DNA of 64,000 bases from Bryobacterales bacterium (GTDB lineage: Bacteria > Acidobacteriota > Terriglobia > Bryobacterales > UBA6623). Below the pieces are notes generated by a model that saw only the letters and a program-made list of their open reading frames with translations, searched no databases and had not been told where the DNA came from. Below, piece after piece: positions 46,296-54,637 of this stretch (position 1 is the stretch's first letter; each line of letters starts with the position of its first letter). A program made the translations under genes and the position numbers. The DNA is taken from NCBI GenBank assembly GCA_028819215.1, contig JAPPMG010000054.1:14541-78540 (forward strand). Direction: 5' to 3'.

Positions 46296-48634
46296 TGTAT
46301 GTAGAGAAATTCGTTCGACGCGATCAGGATGCGGCACATGGCCTTCCAAGCCGCGTCCCTGTCCCCCGTGGCCGCTTCGTAGCGGTCCAAGAACGCGCTC
46401 CAGCTCTCGGTCTCATCGGGCTCGGACGGACGTGAAAAGGCGATCTGGTGTGCTAATCCGATGCGTTCGGGGTCGCCCTCGAGGGTCTCTCGCGCCAGTC
46501 TTGCCGCGAAGCCGGCGGACGCCTCGTCCACCAAGTCGGAGTTCAGCATGAAGAGCGCCTGAGGGGCGACCATGGTCGCCCCGCGATCGCCATTGGAGGT
46601 GGACGGGCTGGCAAAGTCGAAAGCCGCGAACATCTCGTACAGGGCGCTGCGCAGCACCGGCAGATAGACGCTGCGCCGCCGCGTGTCGTACAGGGCCGGA
46701 TCCCGCGAACGCGACTGGGCGTTGAGATTCGCAAAGTTCTTGTGCGGGATGGTCTTGCCCCCCGTCGCAAAGTCCAAGCTGTCGGAGATGGCCAGTAGCG
46801 CGTCGCGCAACGTCTCGGCTTCCATTCGCCGGCGGTTGGCGTGGCTGAACTGGCGGTTGTCCGGGTCGGCTTCGGCATGCCCCTCGGTCGCTCTGGAAGA
46901 CAGCTGGTAGGCGTCCGAAAGCATGATCAAGCGGTGCATCGACTTGACCGACCAGCCACTTGCTTGGAACTGCAGCGCCAGCCAGTCCAGAAGTTCCGGG
47001 TGGTCCGGTGGTTCGCCAAGCTTGCCGAAGTTGTCGGGAGTGCGCACGATGCCTTCGCCGAAATGCCACTTCCAGATCCGGTTGACCATCACGCGGGCGG
47101 TCAGTGGATGGTGCTTGGAGGTCAGCCACTGCGCAAGCTCCAGCCTGCCGCTGCTTTGCGATCCGATCGGACTCTGCTGCTCTCTGGCCAGAATCGCGGG
47201 AAAGCGGCGCGGAGCGATCGGCCCGGGCGTGAGGTGGTTGCCGCTGATCATCAGCGGTAGGTCCGCAGCGTCCCCCTCCGCAACTGCCATCGCCTTGGGG
47301 ATGCCGTAGTACTCGTCGAGAGCGTCGCCCTCGGCCGCCTGCTGCGCCTCTACCACACGCTTGGGAGTGGTTGCTCGGTTGTAGTTCGTGACGAAGTCGT
47401 TGTGGTAGTCGAAGCGCTTCTCGATCTCGGAGAGTCGGCGGTTCTCTTCCGCGCTTGCGAGCGCCGTGGCATTGAGCTTGGAGGTGACCCGGTAGGTGAG
47501 CACCGTCTTGGTGCTGGTGAAGATGCCCAGCATGGAGTAGTAGTCGGCGCTGCGAATGGGGTCGAACTTGTGATCGTGGCAGCGGGCGCAATCGATGCTC
47601 AGCGCCATGAACGCGCGCGCGGTGGTGGCCAACTGTTCGTCCGCGAAGTCCAGTTTCTGCTTCACGGGGTCGTCTTCGCCAACCATCTTGGGGCCGAGCA
47701 TCAAGAAGCCGGTTGCGATCAATCCCTCTGCGCGATTGGCGTCGCCCCAGTCCGTGAGGATGTCGCCCGCCAGCTGTTCGCGCACGAACTCGTCATAGGG
47801 CTTGTCTTGATTGAACGCCCGGATCACGTAATCGCGGTAGCGCCAGGCGTCGCCGTGGACGATGTTGTCGTCCATCCCGTTGCTATCCGAATAGCGCGCA
47901 ACGTCCAGCCAGTGTCGACCCCAGCGCTCTCCGTAACGAGGTGATGCGAGCAGCCGGTCCACAACGCGCGTGAAGGCATCGTCTGACGCATCGGCGAGGA
48001 ATGCGCGGACTTCGTCCGGAGTGGGAAGCAAGCCGTGCAGGTCGAGCGTAGCTCGCCGAATCAGCGCTCGCTTGTCACTGGCCCCTACCGGCCTCAGGCC
48101 GACTCGTGCCCGGCCGATTCCTAGCAAGGCGTCGACCGCCGTATCGCCCGGCGGCATGGCCGGGGCCTGTAGCGGCTGGAAGGCCCAATGTGACCGTTCC
48201 TCGGCGGAAAAGCCATCAGACCGCGCGATCCCCTCCGGCGCCCGGGCCGGCTCGTGTTCGGGCCAGTTCGCGCCCGTATCGACCCATTTGGTCAGGATTG
48301 CGACCTCGCCAAGCGGCAGCTTCGCCTTGGGCGGCATTTGCAGCAGTGTGTCATGATTGATCGCGTGGATCAGCAGGCTCTGGGCCGCGCTGCCCGGCAC
48401 CACCGCGGGCCCCGAGCGACCGCCCTTGAGGATGCCGGCCAGTGAATCCAGGCGGAGCCCGGCTTGCCCCTCGCCGGCGTGGGGGCCGTGACAGGCGAAG
48501 CACCGGTTGGCCAAGATCGGGCGGACGTGCTTCTCGAAGAATGCGTGGTCTTGCGCCGTGACCGATATCGGCACAAGTCCAACCAAAGCCGCGATCCACA
48601 AGGCTGTCCCGTGCGAGGCCATGGTCTTGGGCAA
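46292..48634 (-). CDS. PSCyt/DUF1549/DUF1553 protein (Planctomycete-type cytochrome-c-motif protein)
   Basis: 780-aa ORF with a signal peptide, an N-terminal CFACHG, and a central DCARCHDHKFDPIRSADYY. ATG 48622 is an alternative start. Confidence 0.85.
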   Translation of the reverse strand: MPKTMASHGTALWIAALVGLVPISVTAQDHAFFEKHVRPILANRCFACHGPHAGEGQAGLRLDSLAGILKGGRSGPAVVPGSAAQSLLIHAINHDTLLQMPPKAKLPLGEVAILTKWVDTGANWPEHEPARAPEGIARSDGFSAEERSHWAFQPLQAPAMPPGDTAVDALLGIGRARVGLRPVGASDKRALIRRATLDLHGLLPTPDEVRAFLADASDDAFTRVVDRLLASPRYGERWGRHWLDVARYSDSNGMDDNIVHGDAWRYRDYVIRAFNQDKPYDEFVREQLAGDILTDWGDANRAEGLIATGFLMLGPKMVGEDDPVKQKLDFADEQLATTARAFMALSIDCARCHDHKFDPIRSADYYSMLGIFTSTKTVLTYRVTSKLNATALASAEENRRLSEIEKRFDYHNDFVTNYNRATTPKRVVEAQQAAEGDALDEYYGIPKAMAVAEGDAADLPLMISGNHLTPGPIAPRRFPAILAREQQSPIGSQSSGRLELAQWLTSKHHPLTARVMVNRIWKWHFGEGIVRTPDNFGKLGEPPDHPELLDWLALQFQASGWSVKSMHRLIMLSDAYQLSSRATEGHAEADPDNRQFSHANRRRMEAETLRDALLAISDSLDFATGGKTIPHKNFANLNAQSRSRDPALYDTRRRSVYLPVLRSALYEMFAAFDFASPSTSNGDRGATMVAPQALFMLNSDLVDEASAGFAARLARETLEGDPERIGLAHQIAFSRPSEPDETESWSAFLDRYEAATGDRDAAWKAMCRILIASNEFLYIQ

Positions 48635-48642
48635 AGCGTAGC

Positions 48643-50388
48643 ATGAGCGCCATCGATTGGAGCATTGTGATCGCGCTCAATGCCGGGATCATCCTGTACG
48701 GAATCGTTCGCGGGCGCGACACCAAGACTAGCTCCGATTGGTTCTTGGCGGGGCGGAGCTTGCCGTGGTGGATGATCGGGCTCTCGCTCTACGCCACCGC
48801 GATCGACGCCAGCGATCTCGTGGCCGATGCCGGTGGCACGTACGCCGTCGGAATGAGCTACTTGGTCACCAATTGGGTCGGCGTGACCTTGGGCTGGTTC
48901 CTGCTCGCGAATTGGATCGCGCTCCCGATGTACCGCGCGGGCATGTATACCAATGCCGAATACCTTGAAGCGCGCTTCAGTCTCTCCGCACGTGTGATCA
49001 GTGCCTTGGTTCAGGCCCTCTACCGCACGTTGGTCTTGGCGATCATCGCAATCACGCTCTACCTTCTGCTGGCGATCGTGTGCGGGTTGGGCACGAATGC
49101 GTGGTGGGGTGTCGTGCTGATCGCCGTGCTGGCAACCGCCTACACGTCGCTGGGCGGGCTGCGGGCGGTAGCGGTGACGGATGCACTGCAGAGCGTCGTA
49201 ATGGTCGTTGCGTCGTTCGCTCTGTTCTACGCCGTCTGGATGGCTGTTGGCGGTTGGGGCGGTGCGGGCGAACGACTCGAGAGCCACGAACCCGGCTTGT
49301 CGGCGCAGTTGCTGCATGCTGGCACCGATAACATCGCTGTCCAGGGCGTGGTCGGAGAGTCGCCGGAGACGGTGGCGCGGCGCCTTCTCGTCGGTGGCGA
49401 GCTGAGCCCGGACGGGGGAGAAATCGTCACGCGGAGTCCGGCTTGGTTAGTCTCGCTGGCTTGGCTGATCATTGGCCTGGGCTACGCCGTGGTCAATCAC
49501 ACGCAGTCCATGCGGCTGTTCGGGGCGCGCAGCGAGTGGGACCTGCGTATGGCCGTAGTCGTTTCGGGACTCGTATTGCTGGTCCTGAACTTCACCAACT
49601 TGTCGGTCGGCATCTTCGGACGGGCTCTCTATCCCGACCCTAGCTTGATGCCACTGGCCGCGGAGTTGCAGGTGCGGGACTCGACGTTCCCTCTGATCGT
49701 GCGGGAACTCACTTCGGCCGGACTGCGCGGCGTGATCGTCGCTGGCGTGGTCGCCGCTTGCTTTTCTACGTTCGACTCGATCGGCTCGACCGTGCCGTCG
49801 CTGCTCGTGCGCGACGTTCTTGCCCGCTTGTTCGTCAAGAACCGGCCTGACAGCTACTTCGTGTCGGCTAGCCGCTGGCTCACGCCCGTTGTAATCTTGG
49901 GGGCCTTTGCGTTCGTGCCCCTCATGATGCAAGAACGGGGCATGCTGATGGTGTTTCTGGACTGGGTAGGGGCGTTTGTCGTTCCGCTGCTGGCGGTATA
50001 TCTGATGGGCGCGTTTACCCGAGTTCACCGCTCCAGCGCGACTTGGGGGCTTGCGGTGGGAATCATCTACGGAACCCTGAAGTTGTTGGCACCTGTTCTG
50101 GCCCTCCGTTTTGGCGTCGCGCTCCTGCCCGCCATGCTGGTGAACAACTATGCCAGCACCGTCATCAGCCTGCTGCTCACAGTCGCCGCGATGCTAGCCG
50201 TATCGGCCGTGCGCGGCTGGGAGCCTTCCAGCCAGCCCCGGGAGCTGGCATTGGAAGGCTGGCTGCGCGACAGCCGCGCCGCGATTGCCGTCGCTGCAGG
50301 CGACCAGCGTCCCGTCGCAGTGCCGGTACTCTTGGCTGGCGCGATCGTCGCCATCGGCGCGGCGTTGAGCTTCGGTGTGTTCTGGTAG
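48643..50388 (+). CDS. sodium:solute symporter (SSS) family transporter
   Basis: 581-aa polytopic ORF. The N-terminus, WSIVIALNAGIILYGIVRGRDTKTSSDWFLAGRSLPWWMIGLSLYATAIDASD, is typical of the SSF family. Confidence 0.85.
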   Translation: MSAIDWSIVIALNAGIILYGIVRGRDTKTSSDWFLAGRSLPWWMIGLSLYATAIDASDLVADAGGTYAVGMSYLVTNWVGVTLGWFLLANWIALPMYRAGMYTNAEYLEARFSLSARVISALVQALYRTLVLAIIAITLYLLLAIVCGLGTNAWWGVVLIAVLATAYTSLGGLRAVAVTDALQSVVMVVASFALFYAVWMAVGGWGGAGERLESHEPGLSAQLLHAGTDNIAVQGVVGESPETVARRLLVGGELSPDGGEIVTRSPAWLVSLAWLIIGLGYAVVNHTQSMRLFGARSEWDLRMAVVVSGLVLLVLNFTNLSVGIFGRALYPDPSLMPLAAELQVRDSTFPLIVRELTSAGLRGVIVAGVVAACFSTFDSIGSTVPSLLVRDVLARLFVKNRPDSYFVSASRWLTPVVILGAFAFVPLMMQERGMLMVFLDWVGAFVVPLLAVYLMGAFTRVHRSSATWGLAVGIIYGTLKLLAPVLALRFGVALLPAMLVNNYASTVISLLLTVAAMLAVSAVRGWEPSSQPRELALEGWLRDSRAAIAVAAGDQRPVAVPVLLAGAIVAIGAALSFGVFW

Positions 50389-50417
50389 GCCAATAGCGCT
50401 GGGTGAGCGATTGCGCC

Positions 50418-51569
50418 ATGAAGATTCGCGACATCGAGGTCATCAACCTGTGCTTCGAATATCCGCTCGAGCGGCGGTTTCGTTATGCCGGCGGGACCTG
50501 CACGGGCCGCCTGACGACTCTGGTCAAGGTCCTCACCGACGAGGGCGTCGAGGGGCTGGGCTCGGTCTATTCGCATCCGGACTTGGTGCGGATAATCATC
50601 GAAGGCCAATTGCGCCCTCTTCTGGTGGGCGCTGATCCGCTCGAAGTCGAGGCGTGCTGGCAGCGCTGTTACGCGCTGACGCGCTGGTACGGGCGCAAGG
50701 GCGCCGCAGTCTCAGCCCTAGGCGGCATCGATATCGCCCTGTGGGACATCCGGGGCAAAGTCGAGGGAAAGCGGATCTGCGACCTGATCGGGCCAGCCAG
50801 AGCGGCAGTCCCCGCGTACGCCAGCGGCCTGCTCTGGGAGGGCGAGATCGGCGAACTCAGGGACGAAGCGCAATGTCATCTCGAACACGGTTTCCGCGCT
50901 GTCAAGATGCGGCTGGGAAGAGATCCTGACTATGACCGGGCAGCTCTGAGCGCCGTACGCGACACGATCGGCCCGGACGCACGCCTAATGGTCGATGGAA
51001 ATGCCCGCTATTCGCTGGGCGAGGCGCGCCAGATGGCACCGGATTGGCTCGCTGCCGGTGTGTTCTGGCTGGAGGAGCCCTTCGCCCCGGAGCAGCCCGA
51101 AGCGTTTCGGGCCCTGCGGCCCACCATCCCGGGGATTCCGTTGGCCGCCGGAGAGAACGAGTTTGGACGGCAAGGCTTCAAGGAGCTGATCGATGGCGGA
51201 GTGGTCGAGATCGCGCAGCCGGATTGCTGCCGTTGCGGGGGACTGACCGAGGCGCTGCGCATCGCCTCGGACGCAGCCGAGCGCGACGTCAGGATCGCGC
51301 CGCACACTTGGAGCGACGCGGTGGCGCTGACGGCCAACATGCACTTGGTAGCGGCGACTCCCCACGCCGTCACAGTAGAGGTGGACCAGACTGGCAATCC
51401 GTTCATCGAAGAGCTACTCGTCGGTGGACTGCCAATTGCGGGAGGTCAGCTAGAGCTGCCGCATTCGCCTGGCTTGGGTATCGAGCTGAACCAAGATACG
51501 GTTCGCAAGTACACCGTCCCGCGCGGTCAGGCCACTCCTCCCGGCAACTATTCCGACATGGTTTTTTGA
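50418..51569 (+). CDS. enolase-superfamily enzyme (mandelate racemase/muconate lactonizing family; sugar-acid dehydratase-like)
   Basis: Track ORF (GTG 50403) trimmed to ATG 50418. It has the KMRLG motif and metal-ligand motifs MVDGNARY, WLEEPF and AAGENE. Confidence 0.88.
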   Translation: MKIRDIEVINLCFEYPLERRFRYAGGTCTGRLTTLVKVLTDEGVEGLGSVYSHPDLVRIIIEGQLRPLLVGADPLEVEACWQRCYALTRWYGRKGAAVSALGGIDIALWDIRGKVEGKRICDLIGPARAAVPAYASGLLWEGEIGELRDEAQCHLEHGFRAVKMRLGRDPDYDRAALSAVRDTIGPDARLMVDGNARYSLGEARQMAPDWLAAGVFWLEEPFAPEQPEAFRALRPTIPGIPLAAGENEFGRQGFKELIDGGVVEIAQPDCCRCGGLTEALRIASDAAERDVRIAPHTWSDAVALTANMHLVAATPHAVTVEVDQTGNPFIEELLVGGLPIAGGQLELPHSPGLGIELNQDTVRKYTVPRGQATPPGNYSDMVF

Positions 51570-51740
51570 ACCTGCCGCGAGAGTCGACCTACTCACCGAG
51601 TCGACAAATCGTGATCATGAGCTTCTCAAGCTGTCATCGGTGGCAAGTTACAGACAACACAGCCCAACCTCGGAAAGGTATCCGGGCCTTAGCCGGGACC
51701 TCGCCATCGCGCCCCGGCCTGATTCGCCTAACGAATTCCG

Positions 51741-52460
51741 CTATCGTCGCCCCACCTTGCCGAGCTGCCAGACCTTCCGAGCGACGTCGGAAGAACCGCC
51801 CTCGCCGCGCGCATCGCGCTTCACCTCGCGCATCAGTTCAGTTGCGCTACCGAAGCACCTGATCTTCTCTGCTCCCCATTCATAGGTCGGCTTTGAAGAA
51901 GTGTTCTGCTCGCCGGCGAAGACCAAACATCCGGTTACTCGCATTCCCGGCGCCCAATCTCGGATGCCCCTGACATTGAGTGCAATTCGCCGCAAGGTCT
52001 CTTGGAAATGCGACATGGGAAGGCGCCCATGCTTTGTTTCGATGACCCATAGCCCGCGCGGCGTCGCTACCAAGTGGTCGATATCTCCAACCTTGGCGAT
52101 ATGCTGTACGTTGTGCGCTACTGCACACCGCTCTCGAGTCAGCGCGTACTCGATCGCCTGTCCGACCCTCTCCTCGGCGCGCACGCCTTTCCTCATGTGT
52201 GGCAATCGCCAGCCTTTCGCGAGTTCGTGCAACGTCGCGCCTAGCGTCGCTGCACCCGGTATCAACACGAGCAAGATCGCCCATCCCGCTCCCAGCTCCA
52301 TGGTGACCATCCCGGCGAGCCCGCCGCAAAGCCATCCGGCTGCGAAAGTCGCAAGGACGGTGGTATCCGCGATTCGGTCAAGGAGCTTTCGGCGAAGCCA
52401 CTCGCCAGGGTTTCGTTTCATTCCGTTTCTCTCAATCCGGCCCAGCACCAAGGCGTTCAT
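51741..52460 (-). CDS. NERD (nuclease-related domain) protein with N-terminal transmembrane segments
   Basis: 239-aa ORF. It has two hydrophobic segments (VLATFAAGWLCGGLAGMV, WAILLVLIPGAATLGATL), then GVRAEERVGQAIEYAL...VGDIDHLVATPRGLWVIETKHGRL. Confidence 0.75.
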   Translation of the reverse strand: MNALVLGRIERNGMKRNPGEWLRRKLLDRIADTTVLATFAAGWLCGGLAGMVTMELGAGWAILLVLIPGAATLGATLHELAKGWRLPHMRKGVRAEERVGQAIEYALTRERCAVAHNVQHIAKVGDIDHLVATPRGLWVIETKHGRLPMSHFQETLRRIALNVRGIRDWAPGMRVTGCLVFAGEQNTSSKPTYEWGAEKIRCFGSATELMREVKRDARGEGGSSDVARKVWQLGKVGRR

Positions 52461-52632
52461 CCAAGTGTAGTTTCCGACCTACGTCATCTCCCCGGAGGTG
52501 GTCCAAGACCGTTCTCCGCTATGTGGCCTCCCGGGGCTGGACTATGTTGTATGCAACTTGCCGCGGATGGCAGCTTGAGGGTTCATTATCGCCGTTGGAC
52601 GATTGGGTATCGGAGGTCATACACTTAGCCCG

Positions 52633-52833
52633 CTACACAGCTGGCTCGTCATTTTGCGCGGCTAAAGTCGCTCCCACGAGCCGATGGATGGTAGTTTCGA
52701 TCGCAAGGATTCGCATGGGTTTGGTGCAGCGCTTGATGTCGCCTCTGAGCTGTTCCGGCAGATTCTTTGAGTGCTGCCGCATACGGTGCTCGATCCAGAG
52801 GCTGGGGCCACGCTCCAGAGCGACACATCCCGG
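52633..52833 (-). pseudogene. C-terminal remnant of an IS256/Mutator-family transposase
   Basis: Found by manual translation; it is too short and lacks a start, so it is not in the track. HSKNLPEQLRGDIKRCTKPMRILAIETTIHRLVGATLAAQNDEPAV* aligns without gaps to the IS256 C-terminal consensus STNLIERLNQEVRRREKIIRIFPNQTSANRLIGAVLMDLHDEW as I remember it. About 17 of 43 residues are identical, including RI, RL.GA.L and DE. No upstream catalytic region or terminal repeats were seen. Confidence 0.5.
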
Positions 52834-52909
52834 CTATTTCCCAAGCCCACCTCCGGCCGCATCGCAGTAAGAGTCATCAATCACTTGGGAGAGAGGGTAT
52901 TCAAACTCT

Positions 52910-52942
52910 AGGTTAATTCAAAATCAAACTTTGAATTAACCT
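52910..52942. promoter_or_regulatory. perfect 13-bp inverted repeat AGGTTAATTCAAA-N7-TTTGAATTAACCT in an AT-rich leader
   Basis: Arms at 52910..52922 and 52930..52942 lie 23-55 bp upstream of the AAA ATPase ATG (52965). This is the only strongly AT-rich stretch in this intergenic region. Confidence 0.45.
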
Positions 52943-52964
52943 AATTTTTCCTAGACTGTGTTCA

Positions 52965-54140
52965 ATGATCGAGCGCGACCTCTACCCAAGGCTAACGGAG
53001 GCGGCCCAGAAGTGGCCGTCGATCACGCTCACTGGGCCGAGGCAGAGCGGTAAGACGACGCTGTGCCGTGCCACGTTCCCGCAGCACCCGTACGCGACAC
53101 TGGAAGCCCCGGACGTTAGGGCCTTCGCTCTTGACGATCCCCGCGCGTTCCTAGCCCAGTTTCCCGAAGGTGCCATCCTTGACGAAATCCAGAGAGCGCC
53201 AGACTTGCTCTCGTACCTGCAGGGCATCATCGACGCAGGCCCGGTGCCTGGTCGCTGGATACTCATCGGCTCGCAGAATCTCTCTCTGCTTCAGTCGGTC
53301 AGCCAGTCGTTGGCCGGAAGGACGGCGGTTCATAGGCTGCTTCCGCTGACGCGAGGCGAAACGATGCGATTTCCCCGGTGTCCCGAGACTCTCGCTGAGA
53401 GTCTCCTCACCGGATCATACCCACGCATATTCGATGCCAATCTCGATGCTGCGGACTGGCTCGGTTCCTACGTCGCCACGTACATCGAACGCGATGTACG
53501 GATGATCAGGAGCGTTGGCGATCTCACGACGTTCCAGCGCTTCGTAGTACTCTGTGCCGGCCGAACCGCGCAGTTGCTCAACTACTCGTCACTAGCCGCG
53601 GATTGCGGCATCTCGCAGCCGACCGCGAAGACTTGGCTCGGTATCCTCGAGACCAGCTATCTCGTCTTTCGCCTCCCCCCGCTTCATGCAAATCTGCGCA
53701 AGCGGCTCGTGAGAATGCCCAAGCTCCATTTCTACGATTCTGGACTTGTCTGCTGGTTGCTGGGTATCCGAACGCCCGAACAACTCCTCACGCATCCGCT
53801 TCGCGGACCGATCTTCGAGACTTGGGTTGCCTCCGAAATTGCGAAACGCTGGGCCAATCGCGGCGAAGCCAGCGGACTATCGTTCTACCGAAATCAGAAC
53901 GGGGCGGAAGCCGACCTTCTCATCGAGCGCCCCTCCGGGGTCACGCTTATTGAAGCCAAATCTGCCGAGACAGCGTCCACACGCCTGCTCGACGGTGCCA
54001 GACGCGTCCGAAGGCAGCTCGACCGAGCGACCGGCCAATGCTCCGTCGTCATAGTCTATGGCGGCGATCAACCGCAGCGCCGCGGAACAGATTGGTTGGT
54101 TCCTTGGAGGGAACTGCACCAGTTTGACTGGGATGCGTGA
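52965..54140 (+). CDS. AAA+ ATPase with C-terminal DUF4143 domain
   Basis: 391-aa ORF with Walker A GPRQSGKTTL and the Walker B-like AILDEIQRAPDLL. The C-terminal half is DUF4143-like (HFYDSGLVCWLLG...GPIFETWVASEI). Confidence 0.85.
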   Translation: MIERDLYPRLTEAAQKWPSITLTGPRQSGKTTLCRATFPQHPYATLEAPDVRAFALDDPRAFLAQFPEGAILDEIQRAPDLLSYLQGIIDAGPVPGRWILIGSQNLSLLQSVSQSLAGRTAVHRLLPLTRGETMRFPRCPETLAESLLTGSYPRIFDANLDAADWLGSYVATYIERDVRMIRSVGDLTTFQRFVVLCAGRTAQLLNYSSLAADCGISQPTAKTWLGILETSYLVFRLPPLHANLRKRLVRMPKLHFYDSGLVCWLLGIRTPEQLLTHPLRGPIFETWVASEIAKRWANRGEASGLSFYRNQNGAEADLLIERPSGVTLIEAKSAETASTRLLDGARRVRRQLDRATGQCSVVIVYGGDQPQRRGTDWLVPWRELHQFDWDA

Positions 54141-54381
54141 AGTTCTGTCGGCGCCGTGAGAGTCGGCGACCACCCAATCGCTGGAGCCAGAGTTATAGCG
54201 CTGTGCCCCAACGGGACATGGAAGCGAGGGCCGACCAACGAGAGAGACACAGCAGCGCCTAACAGACCGACCAGCCCAAACACATCAAATACGGTATGCA
54301 TTTTCGACACAATTTGGCTACGCCATATGGGCACAGTATCGCTGCCCTTAGCGTATGTAACCTGATGGAATGCCGGGTTGT

Positions 54382-54636
54382 CTAATCGGATGTGGTATGC
54401 TCCAATGAACGGTTTCGTGCTCCACCGTGTGTCGCCAGACGACTATGGTTGTGGATCCGAGTCCTATCCCGTCCAAGTGGTGGCTCTAGGTTGAAGGTCG
54501 GCTTAATTTCTACTCCGAGCTTCCTGAGTTCCAACTCAAGCCGCTCATAGGCAGTTACGACGGCGACATCGACACTTGGGTTCTGACTGAATGCCCTGTC
54601 TCGATCCAATAGCAGTTTCTCTTGATTCGTCTTCAT
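54382..54636 (-). CDS. small hypothetical protein, second gene of the protease cassette
   Basis: Track ORF 54382..54681 trimmed to ATG 54636, which lies 1 nt after the protease stop (54638..54640). The protein begins MKTNQEKLLLDRDRAFSQNPSVDVAVVTAYERLELELRKLGVEIKP... The gene is low in GC. No family recognised. Confidence 0.45.
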   Translation of the reverse strand: MKTNQEKLLLDRDRAFSQNPSVDVAVVTAYERLELELRKLGVEIKPTFNLEPPLGRDRTRIHNHSRLATHGGARNRSLEHTTSD

Positions 54637-54637
54637 G

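Noticed and set aside
46413-47591. 392-aa same-strand alternative-frame ORF inside the DUF1553 gene.
   Set aside because: Its composition is extremely Arg/Pro/Gly-rich, and the overlapping frame carries the conserved DUF1549/1553 motifs. It is not an independent gene.
54068-54334. 88-aa minus-strand ORF as a firm third gene of the protease cassette.
   Set aside because: It overlaps the convergent AAA ATPase gene by 73 nt and has no recognisable family. I mention it only as a possibility inside the cassette finding.
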